NCBI RefSeq assembly: GCF_009914755.1
Contig: NC_060941.1
DNA from: the human T2T-CHM13v2.0 reference genome, Homo sapiens
DNA: 64,000 nt
Reading direction: 5' to 3' (one strand)
The notes under the pieces are model-generated. The model was given only the letters and a program-made list of their open reading frames with translations, ran no database searches and was not told the DNA's origin. Of the stretch, positions 61,552 to 64,000 are shown in pieces. The translations under genes and the position numbers were made by a program. The first letter of the stretch is position 1. Every line of letters begins with the position of its first letter.

Positions 61552-61905
61552 CGTTATGGTCTGAGTATTTGTGTCCCCTGCCACCAAAATTCCTGTGTTG
61601 AAAACCTCATTGCCAATGTGATGGTATTAAGAGTTGGGGGTCAAGGAGTGTGATTGGATCATGAAGGCAGAGCCCTCATGGGTGGGATTAGTGCCTTTAT
61701 TGAAGAAGCGCAGGGAGCTGCCTTGTCTCTTCTGCCATGTGCAGACAGAAGGCACCATCTATGAACCAGAAAGTGGGCCATCACAAGACAGTGAATTTGC
61801 AGGTGTCTTGATCTTGAATTTCCCAATGTCCAGGCTGCAAGAAACAAATTTCTGTTTAGATACTCCATTTATATTTTGTTGTAGCAGCCTGAATGAACTA
61901 AGACA
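61552..61905 (+). mobile_element. MaLR solo LTR (MLT1A0-like)
   Basis: Typical body, ends gaactaagaca; perfect TSD GACAT at 61547-61551 and 61906-61910. Confidence 0.87.
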
Positions 61906-62125
61906 GACATTATTGTGACTCTGAGGGAAATTGTGGAGGAAAGAGAGTGGTTTACGGAAAGATGACTTTCACTATGTTGTGTCAAATTATTTGGAGACCA
62001 GTGATACTGAAGGAAGAGAAATATGATGATGACATAGAGGGGTTTCAAAAGGTAACTTTATGTCATCTGCCCATTAGATTGTTTAACGCTTATGCATTTC
62101 TTCATATTTTTACCACATGAGTATG

Positions 62126-62302
62126 TATAGATGTCAATAGAAATCTCATTTCTAACCATGAAAAGTGAATTTTGAGTCCCAAATATACATTTTAGAAGTA
62201 CAAACTTATGTTAAGTTTATAATGAATACAGTTGCCTTAGAAGGTAATAGAATATTTTAAATAATGTAAATGTATATGTAAATAATACCATCCTTTAAAA
62301 AT
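62126..62302 (+). repeat. Second copy of the 58767-58943 segment
   Basis: tatagatgtcaa.agaaatctcattt...aataataccat.ctttaaaaat. Confidence 0.93.
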
Positions 62303-62359
62303 ATATAAATATAAAAATATATATAAAAAATACTTTAAAAATACTTTAAAAGTATTCCT

Positions 62360-64000
62360 ACATAAAATATAGTTTTGTTTACATTTAATATTTGTGAGAG
62401 TCATTCTTGTTAGTGCTGATAGTTCTCAGCCACTCATTTTTATTTTTGTGTGATATTCCATTGTAGGATTGTCGAATGCATGCACATATTAAAATTTGAA
62501 TATTAACTATTGCCAAGTTGTTATCCAAAGTGATCGTAACAATGTTTATCTCAATTCACAGTGTATGAAGAGTTCTTGTTATGCCTTAATCTTGCTGATA
62601 CTTGGTATAGTCAAACACTTAATTTTGTCAATATAATGGAAATGACTTGTGAATTTCTCTTGAGTTTTTCTCTTCTGTTGGAGTTGGCAGACAGGAATCA
62701 CATTTCTCTTCATACCTTTTGCTCAATTTTCTATTGGGTTGACTTTTTCTTACTAAGTTTTTTAGGAATCATTTTTACTGTATATTCTTCATACTTATGT
62801 TTTGGTGATTATACACATTACAATATTTCTCTAGTCTGACATATTTTTCCATTGTGATTTTTTGTACAGAAATTTAAAATCTTAATGTGTTTGAAAATTT
62901 CAGCTTTTTAGTTTTTAAATTTTAAATTTAAGTTTAAATTTAAGTTTTAAAATTTTCAGTTTTTAAATAATTTATTCTATTTGCATTAAGAAATGTTTTC
63001 TTAACCAGTCCTTATAAAAATTTTGCTATATTTTCCCAGAATACACCGTTTTGCTCTTTATATTTACATTTTGGTTGTAATATGCAGTATCAAACTAATT
63101 GTATTTTTTTATCTGAATAATACAGTCCTAAGACCATTTGCTGAGTAATCCATATTTTCCCACTAACTATAATACTATTGCTGTCATATACCAAGTTTTA
63201 TAAATGTCTGGGTCATTTTCTGGGGTTTCTATTTTATTTTGTGTCATCTTATTTTTGTGTCACTTAAAACACTTTTTAAATTACTATAGATTTATAATAA
63301 TCTCAGTATCTGCCACATCAGTTTTGTATACTTTGTCCTATTTCAAAATATTCATGACTCAACATATTGTCAAAATCTCAACAAAATATTGTTGTGGGTT
63401 AAAATTTTAAATTAATTTTGAGATAATTGATATCATTATTATATTGAGGCTTCTTATATATTAACACAGTATCGCTCTATTTAATTTTTTTCTTATCTCT
63501 TTTAGCAATATAATTTTATCCATATTTAAATCATTTATAAGATCTCTTAATAGGGTTCTTATGGTTTTTTTTAAGTTTTTATTATTTCTGTGAATGAAAA
63601 TTTTTTAAATCAATACACTTTACTGTAAAAAGCACTCTTAGTTTTTGTATGTAGATCTATTATCTAAAAACCTTGCAATTATTTATAACTTGTATACAAA
63701 TTATCTTGAATTTTTATACAGAAATTTTCATCATTTAAAAATAAAGAGAGTGGTATTACTTCCTATTATTTCCATATTTCTTGTTGTATATCTTTCTTGT
63801 CTTTTCCATTAGCTAAACCTTTACTACAATAGTGAATATTAGAAGTGATGGCAGATATATTTGTCTTATTCCAGAATAAAGGGAAATACTTCAGAGTTTT
63901 GCCATTTTGTCCATATTTGCTATCATTTTCCTCCTACAGAAATCCTCTATCAGGTTAAAAACTAAAATTATTTTTTTCGTATTCCCTGTTTGTTAGGAAT
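62360..64000 (-). mobile_element. Old L1ME-like element, antisense
   Basis: Degenerate T-rich L1 motifs (cagtgtatgaagagttc, accatttgctga, ctttactacaatagtgaatattagaagtgatggcagatat). Confidence 0.55.

Overview
AT-rich, CpG-depleted primate (human-like) genomic DNA with no recognisable host protein-coding exon, RNA gene or CpG island. Most of the window is a layered record of transposable elements. Main structures: (1) a minus-strand MER41A provirus (9857-22214) carrying a nested full-length L1PA6/7 (itself interrupted by an AluY) and a young L1PA 3' fragment in its 5' LTR; (2) a 5.3-kb ERV9-family (LTR12F-type) element at 23007-28284 with mRNA structure (R-U5-internal-U3-R-polyA, ~14-bp TSD), i.e. 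an L1-mobilised retrocopy, with a tRNA-Pro-type PBS; (3) six ERV1 LTRs in ~5 kb (40380-45577), including a MER41B with intact tandem GAS/STAT motifs next to an LTR7 with an extra U3 repeat; (4) a complete THE1 provirus (51953-54229); (5) many Alu, MaLR, MIR and old L1M fragments and two short local non-tandem duplications. All long ORFs are decayed retroelement ORFs; the one apparently full-length retroelement ORF is the antisense ORF0 of the L1PA6/7. Subfamily names come from recognition of consensus sequences from memory and need RepeatMasker/Dfam confirmation.
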